From an uncultured Actinomycetota bacterium (GTDB taxonomy: Bacteria; Actinomycetota; Actinomycetes; JACCUZ01), in the NCBI GenBank assembly GCA_963746465.1, contig CAVVAY010000005.1:297725-361724 (forward strand): a stretch of 64,000 nt of DNA, in the 5' to 3' direction. Made by a program: the position numbers and the translations under genes. A model generated the notes under the pieces. It was given only the letters and a program-made list of their open reading frames with translations, did no database searches and was not told the DNA's origin. This document shows positions 48,854 through 57,890 of the stretch, in pieces. Numbering within the stretch: position 1 is the first letter of the stretch; every line of letters starts with the position of its first letter.

Positions 48854-49524
48854 CCGGCACCGCGGCGCTCGTGCCGACGTTGCCGGCGCAGGTCGTGGTG
48901 CTGGCCAAGACCCCGGTGGCTGGTCGCGTCAAGACCCGGCTGACCCCGCCGTACACCGATGTCCAGGCGGCGTGCCTCGCGCAGGCCGCGCTCGTCGACA
49001 CGTTGCGCGCTGCGATGAGCTCCTCGGTGCGACGGGTCGTCCTGGTCCTGGACGGTCGGCCGGGAGAATGGCTGCCGGCCGGCGTGCCGGTCCGTCCTCA
49101 GCGCCGAGGCCGTCTCGACGAGCGCATCGCGCACGCGCTGGTCGACACCTGGACCGAGCTGCCGCTGCCGGTCCTCCTGATCGGGATGGACACCCCTCAG
49201 CTCACCGGCGCCGACCTCGACCGCGCCGTGGTGGCCCTGGTTCAGGGCGACAGCGACGCCGTCCTCGGCCCCGCTATGGACGGCGGCTACTGGGCGATAG
49301 GGCTGAGGCAACCGGCTCTCGACCATGTCCGCTCGGTCCCGATGTCCCGAGCCGACACCGGCGCCCGGCAGCTCGAGCAGCTGGTGTCCTGCGGCCTGCG
49401 GGTCCAGCTGCTAGAGACGCGGCGGGACGTCGACCTGGCCGCAGACGCCGACCTGGTCGCGGCCGAGGCGCCCGGCGGTGGCTTCGCGGCCGAGCTGACG
49501 CGGATCTCGGCGGGCGCCGCGTGA
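48850..49524 (+). CDS. DUF2064 (TIGR04282-like) protein
   Basis: VVLAKTPVAGRVKTRL...GMDTPQL...GPAMDGGYWAIGL hallmarks. GTGA overlap with the upstream GT2. Confidence 0.65.
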   Translation: MTGTAALVPTLPAQVVVLAKTPVAGRVKTRLTPPYTDVQAACLAQAALVDTLRAAMSSSVRRVVLVLDGRPGEWLPAGVPVRPQRRGRLDERIAHALVDTWTELPLPVLLIGMDTPQLTGADLDRAVVALVQGDSDAVLGPAMDGGYWAIGLRQPALDHVRSVPMSRADTGARQLEQLVSCGLRVQLLETRRDVDLAADADLVAAEAPGGGFAAELTRISAGAA

Positions 49525-50144
49525 TGGGCCAGTTGTACTCCGGCGCGCTACGTGACGGCCGGCGGCTCGAGGCCGTCTACCCGGACGGTCGTCGGGTCGC
49601 CGTACCGGTCGAGTCCTGGTTGGGGCCGCTGCAGCCCGGAGACGCCGGCCTGATCGACAGATGCACGGGTGCCACCTTGGACGTCGGCTGCGGTCCGGGG
49701 CGGCTGGCCGCGGCCCTGAGACGGCGTGGTGTCCCGGCACTGGGCATCGACGTCAACACCGAAGCCCTACGCCTCGCCCGGACTGCAGGAGCCCGGGTGC
49801 TGCGGTGCTCGGTGTTCGGCGACGTGCCGCGCCCGGGGAGCTGGGACACCGTCCTGCTCGCTGACGGCAACATCGGTATCGGGGGGGTGCCTGTGGTCCT
49901 GCTGCGTCGGGTCGCGTGCCTGCTGGCCCCCGGGGGCCACGCCCTGGTAGAGGTCGAGGGCCCCGAAGCCAGCAGCGGCCGGACCCGGCTGCGGCTGGCT
50001 AGCGGCGACCGCGTCTCACGGCCCTTCCCGTGGGCCCACCTCGCCCTTCGCGACGCTGCGGGCGCGGCCGCGCTCGCGGGAATGCGAGCTGACGACTGTT
50101 GGCAGGACTCGGGCCGTTGGTTCGTCACCCTGCGACAGGAATGA
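49524..50144 (+). CDS. SAM-dependent methyltransferase
   Basis: LDVGCGPGRLA motif I. Overlaps the DUF2064 stop by 1 nt. Confidence 0.6.
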   Translation: MGQLYSGALRDGRRLEAVYPDGRRVAVPVESWLGPLQPGDAGLIDRCTGATLDVGCGPGRLAAALRRRGVPALGIDVNTEALRLARTAGARVLRCSVFGDVPRPGSWDTVLLADGNIGIGGVPVVLLRRVACLLAPGGHALVEVEGPEASSGRTRLRLASGDRVSRPFPWAHLALRDAAGAAALAGMRADDCWQDSGRWFVTLRQE

Positions 50145-50171
50145 CCGAGCCGACCGAGAGGCATCCGGACC

Positions 50172-51377
50172 ATGGTCCCGCACTTCGTGACCGACAAGCC
50201 CCCGTTCTGGCCGCGGTTCAGCAGCCCTCTCCGGTCGACCGCCCTCACTGCACGCCTGGGGCGGGTCCTGGGGATCATGCTCGGGATCTGCTTCGTCACC
50301 GGCCTGGCGAGCCACTACCAATACCACCCGTGGTCGTGGCTGCCGGAACCAGCCAGCCCGGTCGGGCTCTACCGGGTGACGCAGGGGCTGCACGTCCTCA
50401 CCGGGATCGCGTGCATCCCCTTGATCCTCGTCAAGCTCTGGTCGGTCTACCCCAACCTGTTCCGTTGGCCAACCGTGCGCTCGGCCGGTCATGCAGTGGA
50501 ACGCCTGTCCGTGTTCGTGCTGGTCTCCTCGACCCTGCTCCAGCTGGCGACCGGCTTTATGAACATTCTCGGCTGGTACGCGTGGCCGTGGTCGTTCGTG
50601 CGAGTCCACCACTACCTCGGCTACGTCGTGATCGGCTCGGTGCTGCTGCACGTCGCCGTCAAGCTGCCCGACATCGCCTACGGGCTGCGGACCCGCGTGG
50701 CCGACGGTGACGTCCTCACCGAGACGCCCTGGAGCGACAACCCGCAGGCGCACAGCAACGCGGGTCCGGACACCAAGCCGCCGCCGACCCCAGCCATCAG
50801 CCGACGCGGTCTGCTCGCCGCGACCGGGGCCGGGGTCGGCCTGGTGGTCGTGACCACCGCCGGGCAGACCCTCACGCCGCTACGGGCGCTGGGCCTTCTC
50901 GCCGCCCGGGACCCGGGCAAGGGGCCGCAAGGCGTGCCGGTGAACCGGACGGCGATGCAAGCCGGGGTCATCGAGGCTGCCCGGGCACCGGACTGGACGC
51001 TCGAGGTCGTCGGCCCCCAGCCGTACCGGATCGGGCTGGCCGAGCTCGAGCAGATGGACTTGTCCGAAGCGAGCCTGCCGATCACCTGCGTCGAGGGGTG
51101 GAGCGTCGGGGCCTCGTGGCGTGGCATCAGGCTGCTCGACGTCGTGCGGCGGGCCGGCGGGGACGCGGGCTCGCGCGTTCGCGTCGTCTCGCTGCAGACC
51201 TTCGGGGCTTACGGCGGCAGCACGGTGGAAGGCCCACAAGTCGCGCACGCCCTGCTCGCCACCCATCTCAACGGTGAGCGGCTGAACATCGACCACGGTT
51301 TCCCGCTGCGGCTCATCGCTCCGAACCGGGCCGGCGTCCTGAACACGAAGTGGCTGACGAAGATCGTGGTGAGCTGA
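50172..51377 (+). CDS. Fused membrane domain plus molybdopterin-dependent oxidoreductase (sulfite oxidase/MsrP family)
   Basis: N-terminal 4-5 TM helices with conserved His residues. An internal twin-arginine-like SRRGLLAATGAGVG. C-terminal Moco domain (CVEGWSVGASWRGIRL...HGFPLRLIAPNRAGVLNTKWL). Confidence 0.65.
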   Translation: MVPHFVTDKPPFWPRFSSPLRSTALTARLGRVLGIMLGICFVTGLASHYQYHPWSWLPEPASPVGLYRVTQGLHVLTGIACIPLILVKLWSVYPNLFRWPTVRSAGHAVERLSVFVLVSSTLLQLATGFMNILGWYAWPWSFVRVHHYLGYVVIGSVLLHVAVKLPDIAYGLRTRVADGDVLTETPWSDNPQAHSNAGPDTKPPPTPAISRRGLLAATGAGVGLVVVTTAGQTLTPLRALGLLAARDPGKGPQGVPVNRTAMQAGVIEAARAPDWTLEVVGPQPYRIGLAELEQMDLSEASLPITCVEGWSVGASWRGIRLLDVVRRAGGDAGSRVRVVSLQTFGAYGGSTVEGPQVAHALLATHLNGERLNIDHGFPLRLIAPNRAGVLNTKWLTKIVVS

Positions 51378-51827
51378 GTGCGTTGGTGGCGGCGCGGCCT
51401 CGGGGTCGTAGGCGTCCTCATGGTCGGGTACGGCGGCCAGCGACTGCTGACCGGCACCCCGGTAGCGGACCTTCGGCCGCTCGCCGTCTGGCTGATAGCC
51501 GCGGTGCTCATCCACGACGGTGTGGTCTCGCCGGCCGTGCTCGGGGCCGGCTGGGTGGTGAAGCGGCTCCCGCCGAGGCCTCGCCGGTTCGTCCAGGCCG
51601 GCCTGGTCGTCAGCGGGATGCTCATCGTGGTGGCAGCGCCGCTGATCAACCGTCAGGGGACCCAGGTCGCCAGCAAGGGACTGCTGCTTCGCGACTATGC
51701 CGCGAACCTCGCGCTGCTGCTGGCGCTGGTGGCTCTCGTCAGCGCCGGCGGCTACCTCTGGTCGCTGGCGCAAGGGCGGTCCGGCACGGCCGCGGGTGCA
51801 TCCCCGGGCGACCCGGCCCCGCGGTGA
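51378..51827 (+). CDS. Small membrane protein
   Basis: Three to four hydrophobic helices. GTG start. The stop overlaps the next gene (GTGA). Confidence 0.4.
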   Translation: MRWWRRGLGVVGVLMVGYGGQRLLTGTPVADLRPLAVWLIAAVLIHDGVVSPAVLGAGWVVKRLPPRPRRFVQAGLVVSGMLIVVAAPLINRQGTQVASKGLLLRDYAANLALLLALVALVSAGGYLWSLAQGRSGTAAGASPGDPAPR

Positions 51828-53143
51828 GTTTCCGACGGGGACCGGTCGCGGTTCGTCCGGGAACCGACGCGTGGGCCCTGCTCGGGTGGGCCGCCCTGCT
51901 CGTCGCGGCCATCCTGTGGGGACGTCACCTGCTGCCTCAGGGCCACCTGAACGTCAGCTCTCCGCCCTTCTTGGGCCTCCCCCGGTGGGCGCCGGTAGAG
52001 CAGCTTCCCGCTCTCGCGGTCGCGGGCGCCTTCATCCTCACCGTCCCGTACCTGGCCGGCAGGCTGCCGTGGCGGCTGGCGCTCGTCCTGGCCTGGGCGG
52101 CTGCCGCGATCTGGGCGGTCGCCCTGGGGATCGGCGACGGGCACCCGACGCTCGGCGGGGTCCTCAACCAGTCGAGCGAGTACCTCCCGGCCGTGCGCAC
52201 GGTGCGGTCCCCTGGGGACTTCCTCAGCGGGTTCGCTGACGCGGTGGCGCATCTGCGCTACCCGGTGCATGTCAACGGCCATCCGCCGTTGATGGTTCTC
52301 GTCCTGTGGGGCTGGGACCGGCTCGGCGCGTCAGGGCCGGCCTGGGCCGCTGCCCTGGTGATCGGGGTAGGGGCCTCATCGGTCATGGCCGTGGCCACGA
52401 CCTTGCGTACGGTGGCCGGCGAGACGGCGGCGCGACGGACGCTGCCTTTCCTCATCCTCGGGCCCTTCGCGATCACCGTGGCCACGAGCGCGGACGCCTT
52501 CTTCCTGGGGGTGACGTCCTGGGCGGCCGCGGCGCTGGCGGTGGGACTCCACCACCGCTCGCGTCCCGTCCTCGTCCTCGCCGGACTACTTGCCGGCGCT
52601 GTTCCCTACCTCAGCTATGGACTGGTGCCCTTCGGGGTGGTGCTTGTCGCCGTGGCCGTCCTCGTCTTTCGACGCGACGGCATGCCGTCGACACGCCGCA
52701 CGGGGCTCTCGGTGACCGCCGCGTTCATAGGCGGCCTGCTCGTCGTGCCACTCGCGATGAGCGCGGCGGGGTTCTGGTGGCTAGACGGCGTCCGCGCGAC
52801 CCACGTCGCGTGGGTCGCGGGGCGGGGCGACGACCGCCCCTACCTCTACTCGTTCCTGGCCGACCTTGCCGTGCTCGCCGCCCTGACCGGCCCAGCGACC
52901 GCTGTCGCGGCAACTCGGAGGGCCAGCGTCGCGACGACGCTGCTCCCTGGGGCCGCCTTCGCCGCTGTGCTGTCCTTGGCGGCGGCCGGCGTCACCCGAC
53001 TCGAGGTCGAACGGATCTGGCTTCCGTTCGCACCCTGGATCGTGGTTCTCACCCTCTCGCTCAGCGGTCGCGTGCGGTTGTGGCTGGCGGCGAACGCGGC
53101 GGTGGCGCTGGTGTTCCAGACCCTGGTGCTCGGCGGCTGGTAG
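51824..53143 (+). CDS. Polytopic integral membrane protein (possible GT-C-type glycosyltransferase / DUF2029-like)
   Basis: About 10-12 TM helices over 439 aa. The family assignment is an inference from topology and neighbourhood only. Confidence 0.45.
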   Translation: MSFRRGPVAVRPGTDAWALLGWAALLVAAILWGRHLLPQGHLNVSSPPFLGLPRWAPVEQLPALAVAGAFILTVPYLAGRLPWRLALVLAWAAAAIWAVALGIGDGHPTLGGVLNQSSEYLPAVRTVRSPGDFLSGFADAVAHLRYPVHVNGHPPLMVLVLWGWDRLGASGPAWAAALVIGVGASSVMAVATTLRTVAGETAARRTLPFLILGPFAITVATSADAFFLGVTSWAAAALAVGLHHRSRPVLVLAGLLAGAVPYLSYGLVPFGVVLVAVAVLVFRRDGMPSTRRTGLSVTAAFIGGLLVVPLAMSAAGFWWLDGVRATHVAWVAGRGDDRPYLYSFLADLAVLAALTGPATAVAATRRASVATTLLPGAAFAAVLSLAAAGVTRLEVERIWLPFAPWIVVLTLSLSGRVRLWLAANAAVALVFQTLVLGGW

Positions 53144-53294
53144 CCATGCCCGCACCAGGGACCTTCTCAGCATCAGCCCGTACCGCACGATCACCCACGC
53201 TCAGTGCGGCGATGGCGGCGCCTCTCGACCCGGTCGAGCAGTCGTCCTGGATCGCGACGAGGACCGCAAGGCTGCCTGATGCGACAGTGGCAGT

Positions 53295-54170
53295 GTGAAC
53301 AGGAGTGGTCTTGTCGCCAGGGGGGCAGCTCTGGTCGCGCCCGTCGCGCTGGCGACGTTCAGTGGGACAGCGCTGGCAGTGGTGTATGCGGTGACGGTGC
53401 GCACCGCGCCCGGAAGGCGGTTCGGTGATGCCTCGTTGCGGGGTGCCATCCTCACCAAATCGGGTGCTGCGCAAGCTGTCGACGCTGTGTTGGGGGTGGT
53501 GTCGCTGGCCGCGTTGCTGGCCGGGATCGCGGCGATTGCTGTCACTGCGCTGATCCGGCTTCGCCGGTCGCTGGGCCTGGTCGCGATCGGCCTCGTGGTC
53601 GCGGCAAACGCGTCGACCTGGCTACTGAAGAACCATGTGCTCTCCCGGCCCGATCTGGGCCTGAGCGAGATAACCCCCTCGACGCACAACAGCCTGCCCA
53701 GTGGGCACACCACAGCGGTCTTTTCCGTGGTGGTGGCGGTGCTGTTCGTCCTGCCGGAAGGTTGGCGTCGGCCGGTCGCAGCGGCCGGCGGGCTTGCAGC
53801 GATCGCGACCGCCCTCGCGGCGATGTCAGCAGGGTGGCATCGCGCCGGAGACTCTGTCGCTGCCTTTCTCCTGGTGGGCATGTGGGCCGGGATCGCCGCG
53901 ACAACCGTCGTCGTCGTTGGCAGCGGTGAGGCTCGTCCTGCCCGACAGGGGCGGCCGGCCTCTGAGTGGAGTCGGTGGCTGTGGCCGGTGACCGGGGGCT
54001 CGATGGCGATGGGCTTGTGCGTCGCCGCAGGTCTGGTCCTTGTCGGGCCGCTGCGACGGAGCGTTGTCGGTGCGGTGTTGGCATTTGGCGCGGGTGGCCT
54101 GCTCATCGTCGCTGCGGCGGCTGCCGTGCTGCTTGCGGCCCTGCTCGTACTCAGCCGAATCGACACGTGA
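53295..54170 (+). CDS. PAP2-family phosphatase, membrane-bound
   Basis: PSGHT and HRAGD motifs between TM helices. Confidence 0.65.
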   Translation: MNRSGLVARGAALVAPVALATFSGTALAVVYAVTVRTAPGRRFGDASLRGAILTKSGAAQAVDAVLGVVSLAALLAGIAAIAVTALIRLRRSLGLVAIGLVVAANASTWLLKNHVLSRPDLGLSEITPSTHNSLPSGHTTAVFSVVVAVLFVLPEGWRRPVAAAGGLAAIATALAAMSAGWHRAGDSVAAFLLVGMWAGIAATTVVVVGSGEARPARQGRPASEWSRWLWPVTGGSMAMGLCVAAGLVLVGPLRRSVVGAVLAFGAGGLLIVAAAAAVLLAALLVLSRIDT

Positions 54171-54309
54171 TCCGCTCGATCTCTGATCAGTGACTCAGGT
54201 GCCTGATCGTCCTGCCCTTCGCGGGTGCTGTCCGCATGGCCGCGATGGTGGCGCGCATGCCCGTTGGTCTGACAGATTGCCGACATGGCGGACTCCCCCC
54301 TCGCGAAGG

Positions 54310-55674
54310 ATGAGCGTGCTCGCTGATCGGGTGGTCACGAGCCGCTGGAGAGTGCTCGCTGATGCCGTGAGAACCCAGCTGTGGCCGCTTCCGGCTGCAG
54401 CGGTCGTGGTTGCGGTGGCCGCGGGTGTGGGCCTGCCGCGCCTTGACGCGAACATCGATGATGAGTTGCCCGCCGGGATGTCCGGCTACTTGTTCGGCGG
54501 TGGGGCGGAGGCGGCCCGGTCGGTGCTCGTGGCGGTCGCCGGCTCGCTCATCACCGTGACCGCACTGACGTTCTCTCTCACCGTGGTCACCTTGCAGCTG
54601 GCCAGCAGCCAGTTCTCCCCACGGCTGCTGAGGACGTTCACGTCCGACCGGGCTGTGCAGGGCACGATGGCGTTGTTCCTTGCCACTTTCGTCTACGCCC
54701 TGACGGTGCTTCGTACGGTGCGGACCGACATCGTGGGGCAGCCGGGATTCGTCCCTCAACTGTCTGTCACGATGGCGTACGCCCTGACCATCCTCAGCGT
54801 CCTTACACTGGTTGGTTTCCTGTCGCACCTGGTTCGGGAGATCAGGGTCGAGTCCATGCTCCGCAACGTTCATCGCGAGGCGTCCACGACCATCGAGGCG
54901 ACGCTGTCAGCGCAAGGTTCCGGCGAGCAGCCCGCGCCGCCGCGGGTCCCGGCCGGCGCGGTGGACCTGGTGGCGAAAAGCTCGGGCTTCTTGACTTCCA
55001 TCAACCAGGCGGCGCTGCTCGATGCCGCCGTCAACGCTGCGGGGAACGTCACGATCGACCGTGAGCCGGGCAGCTCACTGGTTGCCGGGACCCCTGTCGG
55101 GCGCCTGTGGGCCATGGACCCCGCTCATCCGCTGCTCGCGGACCGCCTCGCCCGGTTCCAGGACGCGGCAGCGAGCGCTCTGCACATCGGTGTCGAACGC
55201 ACCGGAGCCCAGGACATCGGGTACGGCCTGCGCCAGCTGGTCGACGTGGCAGTCAAGGCCCTTTCCCCGGGCATCAACGACCCGACGACAGCGGTCCACG
55301 CCCTCGGCCATGTCAGTGCGCTGCTCTGCGAGCTGGCTTCCCGTGACCCGGGCGAGCTGGTGCAGACCGACGAAGAGGGCACGGTCCGCGTAGTCCTGAA
55401 CGGCCCGGATCTGGAGGACCTGCTGGACCTCGCGATCGCGCAGCCCCGCCGCTACGGGGCCACCGACCCCGCCGTCCTCGCCCGGCTGTTCACCATGCTG
55501 CGCGAGCTCGCGTGGTCCACCGACCGACCCGCCCACCACCTGGCCGTCGCAGATCAGCTGGGCCGACTCCTCGGCACGGTGGCCGATCAGAGGTTCGATG
55601 ACACGGAACGCACCGACCTGGCGAGCCTCGCCTCCTCGGTCGAGGACGCGCTGAACCACCGCTGGCACCCATGA
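54310..55674 (+). CDS. DUF2254-like membrane protein
   Basis: N-terminal TM helices, then a large soluble domain. ATG at 54310. Confidence 0.55.
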   Translation: MSVLADRVVTSRWRVLADAVRTQLWPLPAAAVVVAVAAGVGLPRLDANIDDELPAGMSGYLFGGGAEAARSVLVAVAGSLITVTALTFSLTVVTLQLASSQFSPRLLRTFTSDRAVQGTMALFLATFVYALTVLRTVRTDIVGQPGFVPQLSVTMAYALTILSVLTLVGFLSHLVREIRVESMLRNVHREASTTIEATLSAQGSGEQPAPPRVPAGAVDLVAKSSGFLTSINQAALLDAAVNAAGNVTIDREPGSSLVAGTPVGRLWAMDPAHPLLADRLARFQDAAASALHIGVERTGAQDIGYGLRQLVDVAVKALSPGINDPTTAVHALGHVSALLCELASRDPGELVQTDEEGTVRVVLNGPDLEDLLDLAIAQPRRYGATDPAVLARLFTMLRELAWSTDRPAHHLAVADQLGRLLGTVADQRFDDTERTDLASLASSVEDALNHRWHP

Positions 55675-55785
55675 ACGTTGCCTCACGGGACCTGTTGCGG
55701 GCCGGGTCAGCGGTACTCGGGGTTTCTCGTAGTCCAATCTGGCTCCGGTGTCCCACGCCGCCTCCTTCCTGGTGCAGTCCGGGTC

Positions 55786-56222
55786 CTACCTGGTCTCGGG
55801 GAACAGCGGCTGCGGCTTTCCGGCGTCGGCGTACTTGGCCAGCCGGTCCATGACCATCGCCCAGGTCTGCGCGGTGTGACCAAGGTCGGTCTCGGGATAG
55901 CCGTCGGCGAACCCGTAGTGGCGGAACAGGATGCCGGTGCCGATCTCGGCCCGGCTGGCTGGGCCAAGTTTTCCCATTCCCAGGTGGAGCCCTCCCAGAA
56001 CGGGAAGCCGGAGGTGACCTGCATGCGGACGAGCTTCGCTGGCTCGGTGGTCACGTCGACCTCCAGGTCGACGGCAGCCTGCGCAAACCCGAACCGGGCG
56101 CGCTCGCCGGACAGATCGCAGTCGGCGGACCAGAAGCCGCGTTGACCCTCGGTGGTGACAAGGATCTCGAAGACGCGCTCGAAGTCCGCAGCCACGTCGA
56201 TGGCCAGGGTGGTGCGAGCCAT
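55786..56222 (-). pseudogene. SRPBCC (AHSA1/polyketide-cyclase-like) protein with a frameshift in an A/T4 run
   Basis: MARTTLAIDVAADFERVFEIL...WEWEN in one frame continues as LGPASRAEIGTGILFRHYGFADGYPETDLGHTAQTWAMVMDRLAKYADAG in the +1 frame. The junction is at tttt, 55969-55972. GGAGGA RBS. Confidence 0.55.
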
Positions 56223-56243
56223 GGGTTCCTCCACAGGGATGGA

Positions 56244-56272
56244 TAACTGGTTTAGATTTATCTTAAATAGGT
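56244..56272. promoter_or_regulatory. AT-rich imperfect palindrome in the divergent promoter between the SRPBCC gene and arsR-like gene (candidate ArsR operator)
   Basis: aactggTTTAGATTTATCTTAAAtaggtt. This is the only strongly AT-rich stretch in many kb of 70% GC DNA. Confidence 0.3.
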
Positions 56273-56357
56273 TCGCCGTCAAGGGGCCAGGGCGTCGATG
56301 CGTCCACGTCGATAGGTCCACGTCGGCCAAGGCATCAGCGAGGGGAGGACGGTCGTC

Positions 56358-56669
56358 GTGGAGCCTCTGCGGGTGATCGCGGCACCGCGGCGGCTGCGGA
56401 TCCTCGAGCTCGTGTGGGACCGCGAGCGGTCGGCCGGGGACATCGCCGCCCAGTTCGACGTCTCCTGGTCCGCCATCAGCCAGCACCTGACCGTGCTGAG
56501 AAGTGCGGGGTTCCTCCTCGAGCGACGCGACGGCAACAGCCGCCTCTACCGCGCCGACCAGGCGGCCCTAGGCCCGCTGCGCGCCGTCCTGGAGGAGCAC
56601 TGGCGGACGGGCCTCGACCGCGTCAAGGAGCTCGCCGAGGCCGAGCAGCAGAGCCGGGACATGACGTGA
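56358..56669 (+). CDS. ArsR-family transcriptional regulator
   Basis: RILELVWDRERSAGDIAAQFDVSWSAISQHLTVLRSAGFL HTH region. Confidence 0.75.
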   Translation: MEPLRVIAAPRRLRILELVWDRERSAGDIAAQFDVSWSAISQHLTVLRSAGFLLERRDGNSRLYRADQAALGPLRAVLEEHWRTGLDRVKELAEAEQQSRDMT

Positions 56670-57117
56670 CCGAAGCGCCCATGGCTGGGTCCGACATCCT
56701 GGAAGTCAGCGTGCACATCGCCGCCCAGCCCGAGACGGACTTCCCCTACTTCACCGACCCGGCCCGGTACGTCCTGTGGATGGGATCTGAGGTCGACCTC
56801 GAGCCGGTGCCCGGCGGTACCTACCGGGTGCGGATGCGCGACGGCGTGGAGACCGTCGGAGAGTTCCTCGAAGTCGACCCGCCCCGCCGCCTCGTCTTCA
56901 CCTGGGGCTGGACCCAAGGCCCGCCGGTCCCCCCGGCAGCACCCGGGTGGTCGTTACCCTCGAGCCTAAAGCAGACGGCACCCGTGTCGTCCTCCGTCAC
57001 CACGACCTGCCGGACGTCGAGCAGCGCCAGCACCACGCGGGCGGCTGGGAGATGTACCTCGGCCGCCTCGCCGTCCGCTTGGCCGGTGGCGACCCGGGCC
57101 GCGACCCCAACGCCTGA
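56666..57117 (+). pseudogene. SRPBCC (AHSA1-like) protein with a frameshift in a C6 run
   Basis: SDILEVSVHIAAQPETDFPYFTDP...LVFTWGWTQGPPVPP, then in the +1 frame GSTRVVVTLEPKADGTRVVLRHHDLPDVEQRQHHAGGWEMYLGRLA to TGA at 57117. The junction is at cccccc, 56929-56934. Confidence 0.55.
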
Positions 57118-57244
57118 CCGGCCCGCTTCTACCCTGTGGCCGGCGTCAGCGAGCTACGAGATGGCAGGTCTGTGACGACCAGCGTCTGCAGGTCGATCAT
57201 GGACGGAGCCGACACCGACCCGGACTCGGCTCCCGTCGGCATGG

Positions 57245-57859
57245 TCAGTGCGCCCGACGTTCCGACTCGGTCTTCGCGGCCATCATCGACTCGGCGACAG
57301 CCAGCTGCCAGGCGCCGGCGACTTGTGAGCCCCACCACGTGCCCAGCGCCCACAGGTCGGTGCCGAGCTGGCCGGAATAGGTCAGCCGCGTCCGGGTCGG
57401 GGGCGCGGATCCGGTCGGGGGCAACTCGTGCAGCTCGAACGCTTCCACGACGTGCGGCACCGGTCCGCGGAGCAGCCGGAAGTCGATGCGGTCCGGACGG
57501 GTGAACCGGACCGTCTCGATGGTGGTCGCGACCAGCCCGCCGCGCACCGGGGTCCGGTGCGCGGCCAGCACCATGTCGGCGCCGCGTTCGAGCACCGTCA
57601 CCTTCTCGGCCATGGCGCGAGCCTGGCGGGCCGCGTACGGGGCGCTGAGCACGTCGAACACGACCTCGCGGGGCGCGGCGATGTCGACCGGCCGGCAGAC
57701 CAGGGGCTGGACGCGCCGTCCGAGGTTCAGGTCGAGGGTGAGCTTCCCTTCGATGGTCGCCTTGTAGGCGAGCGCGCCAATCGTGGCCAGCGCGGCGCCG
57801 GTGCGCAGTCGCTGCCGCGCACCGACGCTTCCTGCGTGCTCACCCGGTTGCACCTTCAT
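57245..57859 (-). CDS. SRPBCC-family (cyclase/dehydrase-like) protein
   Basis: ATG at 57859. RPVDIAAPREVVFDVLSAPYA-type START/Bet v1 fold N-terminus. Confidence 0.55.
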   Translation of the reverse strand: MKVQPGEHAGSVGARQRLRTGAALATIGALAYKATIEGKLTLDLNLGRRVQPLVCRPVDIAAPREVVFDVLSAPYAARQARAMAEKVTVLERGADMVLAAHRTPVRGGLVATTIETVRFTRPDRIDFRLLRGPVPHVVEAFELHELPPTGSAPPTRTRLTYSGQLGTDLWALGTWWGSQVAGAWQLAVAESMMAAKTESERRAH

Positions 57860-57890
57860 CGGCTCACACCGCGCATGTGTTCCGCCCCAC

